Part shown: piece after piece, positions 34,001 through 46,000 of the stretch | Layout: each line of letters begins with the position of its first letter | How positions within the stretch are numbered: the stretch's first letter is position 1 | Position numbers and translations under genes: made by a program | Notes under the pieces: generated by a model | Database searches by the model: none | What the model was told of the DNA's origin: nothing | The model's input: only the letters and a program-made list of their open reading frames with translations | NCBI GenBank assembly: GCA_964187785.1 | Contig: OZ076415.1 | Span: 1,860,001-1,924,000 of the forward strand | From: Amphiscolops sp. MND2022 | Lineage: Eukaryota | Reading direction: 5' to 3' | DNA length: 64,000 bases

Positions 34001-37000
34001 CTTCCTTATATGGTAACAAGGTAACTACACGAAAAATTACAAACAATATTCCTGCACAGGTTAAAGGCGAAAAAAAATGGAGCAAAGGTTACCAGAAAAT
34101 TCAACACACGGAAACTCAACACAGAATGTTTAACAAACTTGCATGGAAAATCTCTCCTATAACTTGCATACAGTGTAATTTGTATACAATAGTGTAAGAT
34201 GATAGATATTGCAAATCAATGTGGAAAATGAATGGAATAGTAACACTTGAAACTTTAGCTATATAGAGTGTATAATTTAATGAAGCATTGGTATTATCAA
34301 GTGTGAACGTAAACAATCCAAAGTCTCAAACTCATTACTTCGATGAGGTAAAATTAGTAATTTTTCACCTGAGATCTCAAATGACTACACGCAGTTTTTT
34401 TATAAGAACACCTTAATAAGAACACGAGGCTGCTCAAATTCGCAAAAAATTAAGAACAGCTTAAGAACAAAACTGAGGCTCAAATTGAAGATTAATTCAC
34501 ATCAACAAAATAGACGACATCGTGACCACCAATTTCTCGTGGACTGATATAATCAATAGTTTGATCTGCATAGTCAATTTTGTATTCTTCAAGCGACTTG
34601 TTGAAGTAACCAATTTTACCCACGTGCCATCCGTTTTCATACAAGGCGCGAATTGACCTTCCAACATTCAATATACAGGCAATGAACTCAAAACAAGAAC
34701 ATTTTGAGAACATATGAGCCTCAAATTGTCAAAAATTTAAGAACAGTTGAGTCTCGATCTCTAGCGACTGTTCTTATAAAAAAATGCGTGTATGAGATGC
34801 CTAAGTGTATTGAACTTCATGTGTTGAATTTTCCGGTGGTGAGTTTTCCTGCTGACCCTGCTGGCATACACAGAACCCGTTTTGTACTGTTACATTCAAA
34901 TTCCTCTCAAGAAGGAGTTTTGCCACTAATTTGTATGTCCGTCCAACTTTTGTATGTTAGTGAAACTATCGGAAAAATTATGTTCCTTACACGGTGGACA
35001 TGTTTTGCATCCCAGTCGTCCTTTTATTGAACCAATATTTTCCTCACAAGGTTTGTTAGGCATCAAAATATAAAACCCAACCAAGGCTGATGCTGATGAA
35101 ATTATTGGCTATTTCACAGCCAATGTTCCAACTCTTTTTGTTCATCAATAAAGGATGTTTAGGTTTCTTAGAATTTCCCTACTGAATTGTCTAAACCTAA
35201 ATGAAAATCGCAGCTGTGACAAAGTTTTTCAAGAGGCAGCTGTATTAGTCAGATCATACAAAAAAAACTAATCAAGCTGAACAAGATTACATAATAACGT
35301 AATACTAAGCTTGCATAAGAAGAAGTCAACACGGCTTCCTTCCTCCAAGACGGAGTCCACGTGTAAGGCTGTGTGCTCATCAGTTTACACTAGCTTACAA
35401 CTGCGATTTTTATAGGTACAAAGAAATTTTAACAAAAAACAAGTTTTTAAAAGAATGAAAGTTCAAAATGTTTAAGGTTTTTTGTGTCGTCGGCATCTGG
35501 TGTCATTCGTTTCGGCATCTGCGGGTTCCACAATCGTTACTCTTTTAGTTGTCGAAGTTCTGCAGCTTGGACAAAACCATGTTGTTAGTGGATGTTTTCT
35601 GAGTGATACACAATCATAATGATACCATGCAATTTTGCAGTTGTTGTTGCAACATTTGATCATTTCCCTGTTGTACGGTTGTTGGCAATAGCAATAAACT
35701 TCGGTGGGTACTGTGGATGACTGTAGGTGATGATGTTTTTTCTTTTCGCGATCAAATGATAATGTGCATGGTTTGAGGCGTTGAATGCTGACGATGATCT
35801 GGTCGTTGTTTTTCTTGATTGTTGCTGTAGATGAGTCTCTGTTGATTTTGATGAGTTCGTGAGGTCCAGTGTAAGGTGCTTCCAAAGGTTGCTTTACTCG
35901 GTCGACGCGCAACCATACAAATTTGCAGTTGTTGAGTGCATCTTGGATGAAGGTCTTTCGTGTTGAATGTTGTCTGATATCTTTTGTGAAAGCTAGCTGT
36001 TCGAGGTTGTCCTGAAGGTTTCTGATGAAGGCGAGAGTGATGGGTGCTGTCTTTTCTGCAACTGTTGTCGGGTATAGTACATCTAGTCCTGTTGTGGCTG
36101 CTAACGGTGAAATGAGATTGATGTCCGGTTTTGACCTCAATCCGAAAAGAACTACGGGTAGTGCTGCTATCCAGTCGGTCTTTGCTGACATTAAAGCTGC
36201 TTTGAGGGTTCTCTGTGGATGATATGAAGTTGTACGGAGTCTGCAAAATCCTAGAGTTTGGGAAAGTTGTGCGAATAATTGACTTTCAAATTGGGTTCCA
36301 CGGTCAGTCGTGATGTACAATGGTACTCCGAAGCGAGAAAACCAGGACGTGAGAAATGCCTGGCAAACTTCTTCGGCTGTGATGGAAATTACTGGGTGGG
36401 CTTCAATCCAATTGGTGCTGCGGTCGATGAAGGTAACAAGGTATCGGAATGGCGAATTGTTGATTGCAGGTAGTGGTCCTACGATATCCATGTGAACGTG
36501 GGTAAAACGGGCGACGGCTTCATTGAGTTGGCGTGTTGGAGGATAAATATGGCGAGTGATTTTCATCTGTTGGCAAGTGAGGCAGTTGTGGCACCATTCT
36601 TTGATAGTGCGTTGAGCATTGGGCCACGTGAAGCGGGCGAGGATCATACGTGACGTTGATTTCCAGTTGATGTGGCAAAGGTTGTGGAATTGGGTGAAGA
36701 TTGGATAACGGCATTGTTCGGGCAGAATAGGGCGCGGAGGAATGCTTTTATCACAGGTGAGAGTCGTGGTTCCGATGTTGATCATCTGTGTTCCATGTTG
36801 GTATTGTTCTGACATCTGTTGTTGAAATGAAGTGTCTTGAAGGCTGGCAATTCTTGGTAGATCATAGGTGTCAATGGAAACTGTTGATGTTGATGCTATG
36901 GTTAATGATGTGTCGTCGGTTGGTGGTCGAGAAAGGCAGTCGGCTACAACATTTGTTGATCCTGAGATATGTTGAATTTCGTCTATGTATTCTGCTAATA

Positions 37001-40000
37001 GAGAAAATTGTCGAGACTGTCGAGGGTTGTTGGTGTTGGTTTGGCTTCGCTGAAAAGATGAGGTGATGGGTTTGTGGTCTGTGAAAACAACGGTATGGCG
37101 TCCTTAATCAGATGTTTGAACTTTAGTGTTGCTGCGAGGATAGCGAGGAGTTCCTTATCAAATGTGCTGTAATTTCTTTCGGCGGCAGTGAGTCGGCGAG
37201 AGAAAAATGCAATAGGGCGGCTGCTGTTGTCTGTTATCTCGTGTAAGGCGGCTCCCAAGGCTGAATCAGAGGCGTCTGTGGTAGGGGAGAGTGTTGAGTT
37301 TTCTGTGAGGTGATGAAGAAGTGTTGCATTTGCGAGTGCGGTCTTCAAAGTGGAGAATGCTTCGCGGTGATCTTCTAACAAGATGAACGGTGTTGGTGCT
37401 GGTTGTTGTTGGCAATTCTTCTTTCGGTGGTACGATTGTTTTGGCTGGGTCTCGTTGAGAAGTTGTTGTAGCGGTTCAACGATATGGGCGTAGTGTGGGA
37501 TATGTTGTCGATAAAATGAGAACATTCCCATATAACGTCGGAGTTCTTTGTAGTCTGTTGGTTCTGGTAGTTCTGAGAGGGTCTGGGTCCTTGCGGTCTG
37601 TGGTATGATTCCTTCTGAGGAGATGGTGTATCCTAAAAAGTCTATTTCGTGCTGTATCCATTGACATTTTTTGAAGTTAATGCGTAGTCCAAACTTCTCG
37701 AGGCGGGCCAAGAGTTCTGTTAGTGCGTTGATGTGATCAACCAAATCGTTGCTGGCGACGAGTATATCATCGGCGTAGGCGAACACATCTGGCAATCCGT
37801 TGGTGACTTCGTTGATGAATCGTTGGAAAGTTTTACCGGCGTTCTTGAGTTCGAAAGGCATGCGAAGAAACTCAAAGAGTCCAAATGGAGTCGTAATGGC
37901 TGTCTTCTCAATGTCGTCGGGGTGCATGGGTATTTGGTGATAAGCTTTGACTAAGTCGAGTTTGCTGAAGACATGTTTGTCGTGAAGTGCGAACGATGAA
38001 AGCTGTGGCAGTGGGTACGAATCGCGAACGGTGATTTGGTTGAGGGCGCGGTAGTCTCCACACGGTCTCCAGTCTCCGGGGTCTTTTTTGGTACCATATG
38101 CAGAGGCGATGCGTATGGGCTTTTCGATGGTCGGATGATTCCTAAGCGTTGCATTTCGTCGAACGATGATTTAGCGATAGATAGCTTTTCAGGGCAAAGT
38201 TTCCGAGGCGTACAAAAATTAGGTTGAGACGAAACGGCGATGCGATGAGTGGTGTTGTGCGTACATGGCGTGTTGAAGTCGGCGTCTCCGAAAATAGATG
38301 AGTGCTGTTCCATTATCTCTCTGAGAGCTGTGTCGGTTATTTGAGACAGGTCCAGAGAAACGGCTAGAACAGGGCTGTGACTTGGCGGTGCGGGTGAATT
38401 GTTGCGTGTTGAAGTGAATTTTGTGACGTTGTCGGTTACTGTTAAGTTGCGGCAGTTGATGTTTATGTCTTTGTCCTTGAGGAAATCTAGTCCTAGAATG
38501 TTGTCGTTGACGTCGGCGATGTAGAACGTGAAATTGTAGTTGCGTCGGAGGCAGGGTATGGCGATTGTGAGCGTCATTTTTCCGTGAACTTTGATACGGT
38601 CTCCGTTTACTGTTCTGAGGTTCGTTGTTGTCGGCGTGGCGTAATCGGCGTTGACGAGCGTTGATTTGATGATTGATACCATTGATCCAGTGTCGGCGAT
38701 GAAACTTGTTTTCTGTGAGTCAATTTTGGCGGCGAGGGGGATGCATATGGGATCCCCAGTCGTTGCCGCGCACACGAGTGGGGCTATTCGTTTCCCTGTG
38801 TGGCGGGTGATTGTGCGCGATATGACGGTTTGTGTGTGGGCTTTGGTCCAGGCCACTTACACCAGGGCTTACAACGTTTGGCGGAGTTAGCGAAAAACAA
38901 GTGAAAGCGGCAAATTTTCGGTCGTTGTCCGGGTGAGAACGGCTGGAAATTGGTGTCGGTTAAGCTGCTTCTTTGCTTTGGCTGCGGCTGGCGTGTATAC
39001 GACGATGACGAGGATTGCTGTGTAGCGTAAACGTGCGTGTTTTCCTGAAATGTGTCCTTTGAGTAGCTGTATATGGTGTCGGCTAGTTTGGCGAATTTGT
39101 CGGGTGGCAGGTCCAAATGTGCGGAAAGTGAGGATCGCGTTGAGATAGGCATGGCTTGCATGAGGCGGTGCTTGATTACATCGTTGTCCATTGTCAGATG
39201 ACATTCTGAAAGCTTGCGCTGGATGCGCAAGAGGCAAACTGAGGGTTTTTGTCCATCCAGTGAAATTGTTCCTAATGCTTCTTCGATGAGTTCCGTTTTT
39301 GACTTCTGGTAGACTTGAGTGATGCTATCTTTGAGGCTGCTGTAGTCTTCAATTTCCATTGGCAGGTTGATTGCGACGTCTTCTGGAATTGCTGCGAGGA
39401 TGTGGTGATATTTGGTGGTGTCGTTGGTAATTCCAGCTAAGACGAACTGGGATTCCATTTGTCGAAACCAAACAGTTGGGTTTGTGCGGTAGAATGGAGG
39501 TGGCTTTATGGTGACTCTGTTGACAGGTGCGTGTTGTGGTTCCGGGTGAGATGATGTTGAAGTTGTAGTGTTGTCTCCGGATCCAATTTCGATGGTGTTC
39601 TGCATTCTGGTGGTATGGATAATTGGTTATGGATATTGTTTCTGCCGAAAATTCTGGTTTTTTATACAATATTCTGGTAATGATATTTGGGTTTCGTTAC
39701 TGTCTCGTCTTCTTCTTGTTGCGTTACTGTATTTTAATTTTTTTTGAGCTCTCCTTTTTTTAGTTCTTTTTCATACACTTTTTTACTGGAAGGAGAAAAC
39801 GAAAGAGGTTTATGGGACAATCATATAAAATTTGTTGAAAGTTTTTCTTCTTTTTTTTTGGGTTGGATTTTGAATCACGTCGGGGTCACCATTTTAGGTT
39901 TCTTAGAATTTCCCTACTGAATTGTCTAAACCTAAATGAAAATCGCAGCTGTGACAAAGTTTTTCAAGAGGCAGCTGTATTAGTCAGATCATACAAAAAA

Positions 40001-43000
40001 AACTAATCAAGCTGAACAAGATTACATAATAACGTAATACTAAGCTTGCATAAGAAGAAGTCAACAGATGCTACCCTGTGCGAAACTTTGTATGCAGTTT
40101 GTTGCATCTTATGAAAGGCCAACTGTAAGAATAATTATTGATTCCGAACCGAAACTCTAATCACATGTAAGTGACTATGATACAACTAGATCGTTCCAAC
40201 ATAAATAGGCAGGTACTTTTACGTCTAAACATATTTAAGTGACACATTTCACTGATTTAATTCTTTATTTTTTTCTGTGACCCTGCCAGAGCGGCATGTG
40301 TTGGCCGACAGCGGACGAGAACATGATGATTTTCTACTACGTGTTTCTCTTCATCAACGCCATCATCCCCGGCGCAGTGGTAGTGTTCTCTTACTCTCTC
40401 ATCATGGGCATTGTGTGCAAACAGAGACACAACATATTCCAACAGGAGAACATGGTCGCCCAGAACGCACAGCAGACTCAGCCACAAGGGCCACAAGGTC
40501 AAGGTCAAACTCACGGTCAAGGTCAGAGGAGTACAGGTCAGTGACATTAACGTTTTACATTGCTTTCGCACGAAGAGAAAAACCTACAATCTTTCTCGGT
40601 GTTGTTTTGGAATTCCAGGCTAGATCCCAATGACTCTTGGATTGCGACCAAGATGCTGAAAGATCCTGTCAAGGTGCTTTGTTTTATACTATTTGGTACG
40701 AATAAAAGAAATACGTTTCATCTTGCTTCTACAACAGCGATCAAGTTGAAAACTTTTCAGAGAAGCTTGTTACTGAAAGCAGTTCTGTCCCAAGTGATTA
40801 GCTAACGTTAAAAGCCTCTTTCCACAAAAGAGTTCTATTTGAGCTTGGAAGATCATGATTCAAATTTTCACAGACTGTTCTTTAAATTCGACAATTGAAA
40901 AACAAACATTTTTAAGAAAACGATGCTTCAAAAACTTCTTCAAAAACTCGGCAGGGTTTTAAATGAGCACGTAAGTTTTTGATGCATCAAGTAAACTGGA
41001 AGTTAGTGAGATACAAATTATGGTCATCAAAATCACCCTGAATTTTGATTATCTGACTGTCAATTGACCCTTCACTTAGCACTGATTTTGAAAACTGGTC
41101 GTGTAATCCCTCCACATTTACCAATGAAAGACCGGGATCAATCGAACGGTATTCAAGGAAAGAGGAAACCTACCATGGAACACTTCTGGAGATAATTTGG
41201 TCTTTGGTTGATGAGGTCGGTCCCAGGCAAGGAACTTGTATCCCAGATGGCTTATCCACTTTTCGTAATGGGAAGCGCACTGCGTTTGTCCTCAAAAATT
41301 TGACCATCTCTGAAACTTCCACTCTACCGTTCTTTAATTCGTTTTTTACACCTCTGCTGGTACTACATGTGCTCATACGATTTAGTATAGTGGATATTCT
41401 GTATTCGCAGAACCATAAGGTCGCAGGTTCGATTCCCGGTAACGGCAAATATTTGCAAATATAGTCCAAATAACCTTGAAATATATTGTATTGAAAGGTC
41501 TTGCTATCTTGTTTATCATTGTTTGTTAATGTTTACAAATATTGGAAACTAAATAATGCTCATTTGTCTGCGAAATGCAATAATTTCACCAATATTTAGT
41601 ATCATTTTGCTCCGATATTGACACGATTTGGTCGATATACTGAAGAAAATATTGAATCCTTTAGTTTTGAACCGAACTTTAGAAACAGCTAAGGTTTTAC
41701 ATAACTGGTAACGTCATTTCCTACTATAATTTCCTTTTTTCCGCCAATTTTGACCAGAGCAACCTATATAGCAATTAAGGAAGAACATCATCCCAAATTA
41801 TGTCCTTCTTATATCAGACAAACTCATTAAAAACAGATTAGATGGGTAATCAATAAGTAGTCTCAAGAAAAAAAAGTAGTCCTTGAGAAGTGTTTTCACA
41901 CTCGTTTTACAAAAGACGTACACAGGATGTAAGAAAAGCAAGGAGACCTTCTCTCAGCATAATGCCTGTTTTTTGGCGCTTTTTTCTAGTTAGAATGCAT
42001 TTTTGGGACTCGAGCGCGGCCGAAATCTCCAAGAAAAAACTCGAGAAAAGTTTAATTTTTTGACACGTTGGGGGTTGTGTCGCTTTTTCACCTTAACGTT
42101 CCTTCAACAGAACTTTTTCCAGCAGTATGTCGAGCGGCCAACATTTTTCTTGCTGAACTTTGCAAATGTTCATACACAAAACTCAGAATCAAAATACTGT
42201 AAACGATTGCACTTCCAAAACTTTCCGCTTTTCGGTCGGCGCTTTTCTTTAGAAAAGAGTCGACTATAGTCATGGCTTTTCGTCAGTGTTTTTTTAAGAC
42301 CACCTGAAATGACCAAAATAGTTCTACAAAAGTTCTACAAAATATTATTGCACCAAATTGCACCATTTGGCCTAACGAACTGAACCAAAAAGAATTTTCC
42401 TGTTTTCCCGCGTAACATACCATACCGGGCGAGACCAAAGGGTCCCCCCTTTCAGTTTTTTTCGGCATTGTGAGACTTTTTTTGCGGAAAAAAAATTTTC
42501 CCCAAAGGGTCCCCCCTTCAATTTTTTGATGTTTCACGACAAAATGGATGTTGAAAACCCCCAAAGGGTCCACCCTTTCAGTTTTTTTTCGGCATTGTGA
42601 GACTTTTTTTCCGAAAATTTTTTCATAAAAGGGTCCCCAACTCACCAATACTTTGACATATTGAAGTCCTTTTGCTATTTTTGAGCCTTAGATATGGCGC
42701 CGACTTGGGCCGACTTGTTTAGACAGTTGGGGCATTCATGTCATTAAAACGTCAGATTCTTTAAAGTTTGAAAAGTTTTTCTAGTTCCATGATTGTCGTG
42801 TTTTGGGAGATTTATAACGACGTAAGCGTTTGAAAATGTTACAAAATTGCATTTTTGAAACCTTTTATCTTTTTTTTTCTGGTGACAACTTTCAGTTGAA
42901 GCATTTTCCAGAAACTGTTCACCATCTTCACGAAAAACTACGGAAATAGATTCAGAGAAGTTGAATTCCGTGGATAAACCGTTGTCGTAGGACGAGAAAC

Positions 43001-46000
43001 TCGAGCTAAGGCATAGTTAAAGTTAGTGAGAAAATGTGTCTCAGAGAATTATTTTCCTTTGTCTGAAAAATTTAGAAATAAAGAAGACCTGTTGAAAGTT
43101 CTGTAGAAATTACTGACGGTACGGTGACATCTCCAGCTTTACTCATAGTCAAATTAGCAACAATTTGGACTCTACGAAGAACCAAATTAAGAAATGCTAA
43201 TTTGCGGTTTTCGCTGAAAAAAGATACCAAAGTAGAACTAAAGGCCGAAGCAAGCTACTGTTCTAATCAACTGTTAACCGTTCAAACGTTCGTTGTCGGG
43301 GGCTCACCGGTCTAGAGGAGCTATCACTCTGTTGACACTTTAATCGGTACAAAGTACCCTCGAAACGACCACCATAGTCCGCAAAGTTAACGACATATAG
43401 CGCTACTTATGACTACAAAAAGGGTAAAACAATTGACGGAACAATATATTATTCAGATATCAACTATCGTTTATTTCGAATATTTCCTGGCGCAATTTCC
43501 GGCATCTTTCTGAAAACTTCTAACATTTTCAAGAGGTAGTCTCTGGAATTTTGACAACATTTTGACTTCATTTGATGAATAAGTCATCGATAGCCACATC
43601 GAAACAATTGGATTCAAGTTTTATACACTTTGACTAATTTTTTTATTCGTTGCAAGTAATTCATTGTCACTCTCACTGAACATGTTAGATTGTCAAAAAC
43701 TAACAAGGCATTAAAGTATTCTGAGGAGAAGAGGGTTAATAAGTTCAATTAAAATAGTACAGAGATAAGTTGTAAGCTTGTATCCAAAGAACTAAGCTGT
43801 ATCATCAACTAAATTTCAAGTTATGTTATCTATATCTGTAGTAGTTTGCATGACATCAGAATAGTAGCAGATACTTGAACTTAATTGAGTTGGCTATGAA
43901 TTGTCCTTTTAATGCCACATTTCCCCCTCTGCGGGTATTAGGGGAACCAGTCGTGGTTGGATGCGTCCTTCTTGATGCGAGGGAAAGGCGTGATCGGGTA
44001 TCTCTTTGGCGTAGTGAAGATGTAGGCATCCCCTAAATTACCAGTCTTATTAGAAATACTCAACTCCGCCTAATTTTACTATCCTTTTTGCTGTTTTTAT
44101 CCGTTCAGATCTGCGCAGTTTTAATCCAGTTTTAGCCTGATTTTTTTTTTCATCTTCGAATTTTGTTTTCGACCCTGGTTTACCCGCTGATTCCTGTTCC
44201 GCTGCGGCGGTATTGGCTTCCTGTCAGCGTATCGGGGTACCTGATTGGTCAGGTTGCGCCGTGTTGGTAGCTATTTCGGTGCTGCACCCGATTGGTGACG
44301 TCAGCGTCGGAGTGTCGGCCCGCAGTTCTTCGATTTTTTGATCTCGGCTTCCAGATCAGTTTCTTCGGAAACGCACTCTACGTCTGAGCCGTCCATGTCC
44401 GCATTTGGAGTAATCGAGTCGGAGTCTCGGCTGGAGGAATCATATATGACCACGCGGTTGTAGCTTGGCTTCTTGCTCAGTGGCATTTTCGGTAGAGTGT
44501 AGCTGGTGCCGGGTGCTTCATCTGCAATATTGTTGTTTGGGTCTCCAGTGTTGAGACGTCGGTGGGTCACAATAATTGCCGTTGCTGAACTTCCCGCATC
44601 TGCGGCACCGGTTGATTGTCTTCTTTTGTTCGTCTGTCTTTTTGGATGTCTGAAATTTCAAAGGTTTGGAGGCTAACGTTTAATGGATTATTTTTCCTTC
44701 CAATGTAGTGACGGTGTGGTCAGTTTGTTTTATCGCTGTTAAGATCTTATTTGTTTTGGAACCGCATTTCATTGAATTAGGTTTGTTTTCTTTTTCGTAA
44801 AATTGATAATTTTCAAACTCTTGACTTACCTAAAGACCTCTCTTCCTAGTGTCGTTGAGCACCAGATAGTCCACCATCTCGCCCTCTGAATCGTTTATTG
44901 TAAAGACCTGCAGCTCCGTTGGTTGTACTGAAATGTAATTGGTTAATGTTCTTTTCCAATTAGATAGTAGGCATTCAAAGTTACCGATTAAATTGGTAAG
45001 TGCGGTGCGTGGTTTACTGCCTAGATGCATCTGGAAAAGTGTCATGTTTAATCTAATGTGTGGCGTCTGTCTAATTGTTTTAGGTTGAACACTATCTTCA
45101 AATATTAGTCCGTCTGCCATATTTGCTCTGGTTATTGATTTAATTGTCCGTAATGTCCGCTCGACTAAGCCGGTGCCGGTATGTAAATTTGGGGTACATC
45201 TTATGCGTTTAATATTTTCGTTATTGCAGAGTTTGTTAAATTCGTTGCTTTTGAAGCAGCTACCGTTGTTGGTTCTGATGCACAGTGGCGTTCCGTTGTC
45301 TGCGAATTTTAAGACAGTCCTTGTGTCCGTATTTTTACAAACTTGTGCGGTGGGCCATTCACTAAAACGGTCAATGGCTACTAAAATTTATACATCGCCG
45401 CGTGTCTTCGATTTGATTGGACCGACGAAGTCCAATTGGATTTCCTGATTCGGTTCGGTTAGAATTTCTAAACTATTTTTCTCCGTCGACGGAATTTGTG
45501 TAACAATGTTCTTACCTGCGGCCCTACAACTCGGGCATGTTTCGGTTTTCTCTTGTATTTCCCGGTGCATACCGGGCCACAGAAAGCTTCGTCCAGTCGA
45601 TCCATCTTGGCTGCAGAGGTATGGCCTTGATGTAACATGGCAATGATCGTGGTCCGCATATTCTCAGGAATTACAATTTAGGGTAAAATAGCAATCCGAA
45701 CCTTGTGAAGAGGTGTAGTCGGTGGGGGCGATACGGATAAAAGATGTTTTCAAGTTGCTGCTTCTCAATTGCTGTTATTGCAATTAGGATTTTGATGGCC
45801 CGGGCTGTCTAATCCACTAATAGTGGCAAATCAAATGCAAAGTCCTTCTCAGCTTTTTTGATAACATTGGCGGTATTTTCAAGTCTTTTCGGGATCGAGT
45901 GTGTTTATCTTGGCCGTTTGTTTTAGTCTTATTGAATTGACTGTTCCATGTTTGCGGAAGTTTCGTAAGACGGTTGTCGGGCATTTGTCTTGTTTGGCTC

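Larger units (their letters stand above)
35158..40066 (-). mobile_element. E3: full-length compact Ty3/Gypsy element (CsRN1-like features) with PHD-finger integrase; in GPCR intron
   Basis: Two 174-bp LTRs (35158-35331, 39893-40066), identical by eye; TSD GATG on both sides; PBS TGGTGACCCCGACGTGAT (tRNA-Trp) at 39874-39891; PPT GGAGGAAGGAAG at 35335-35346. Confidence 0.95.

Noticed and set aside
35156-35157. Canonical CA end for the E3 3' LTR
   Set aside because: It would destroy the GATG TSD and is absent from the 5' LTR.
41378-41447. Functional tRNA-His gene
   Set aside because: The acceptor and anticodon stems do not pair; kept only as a remnant.
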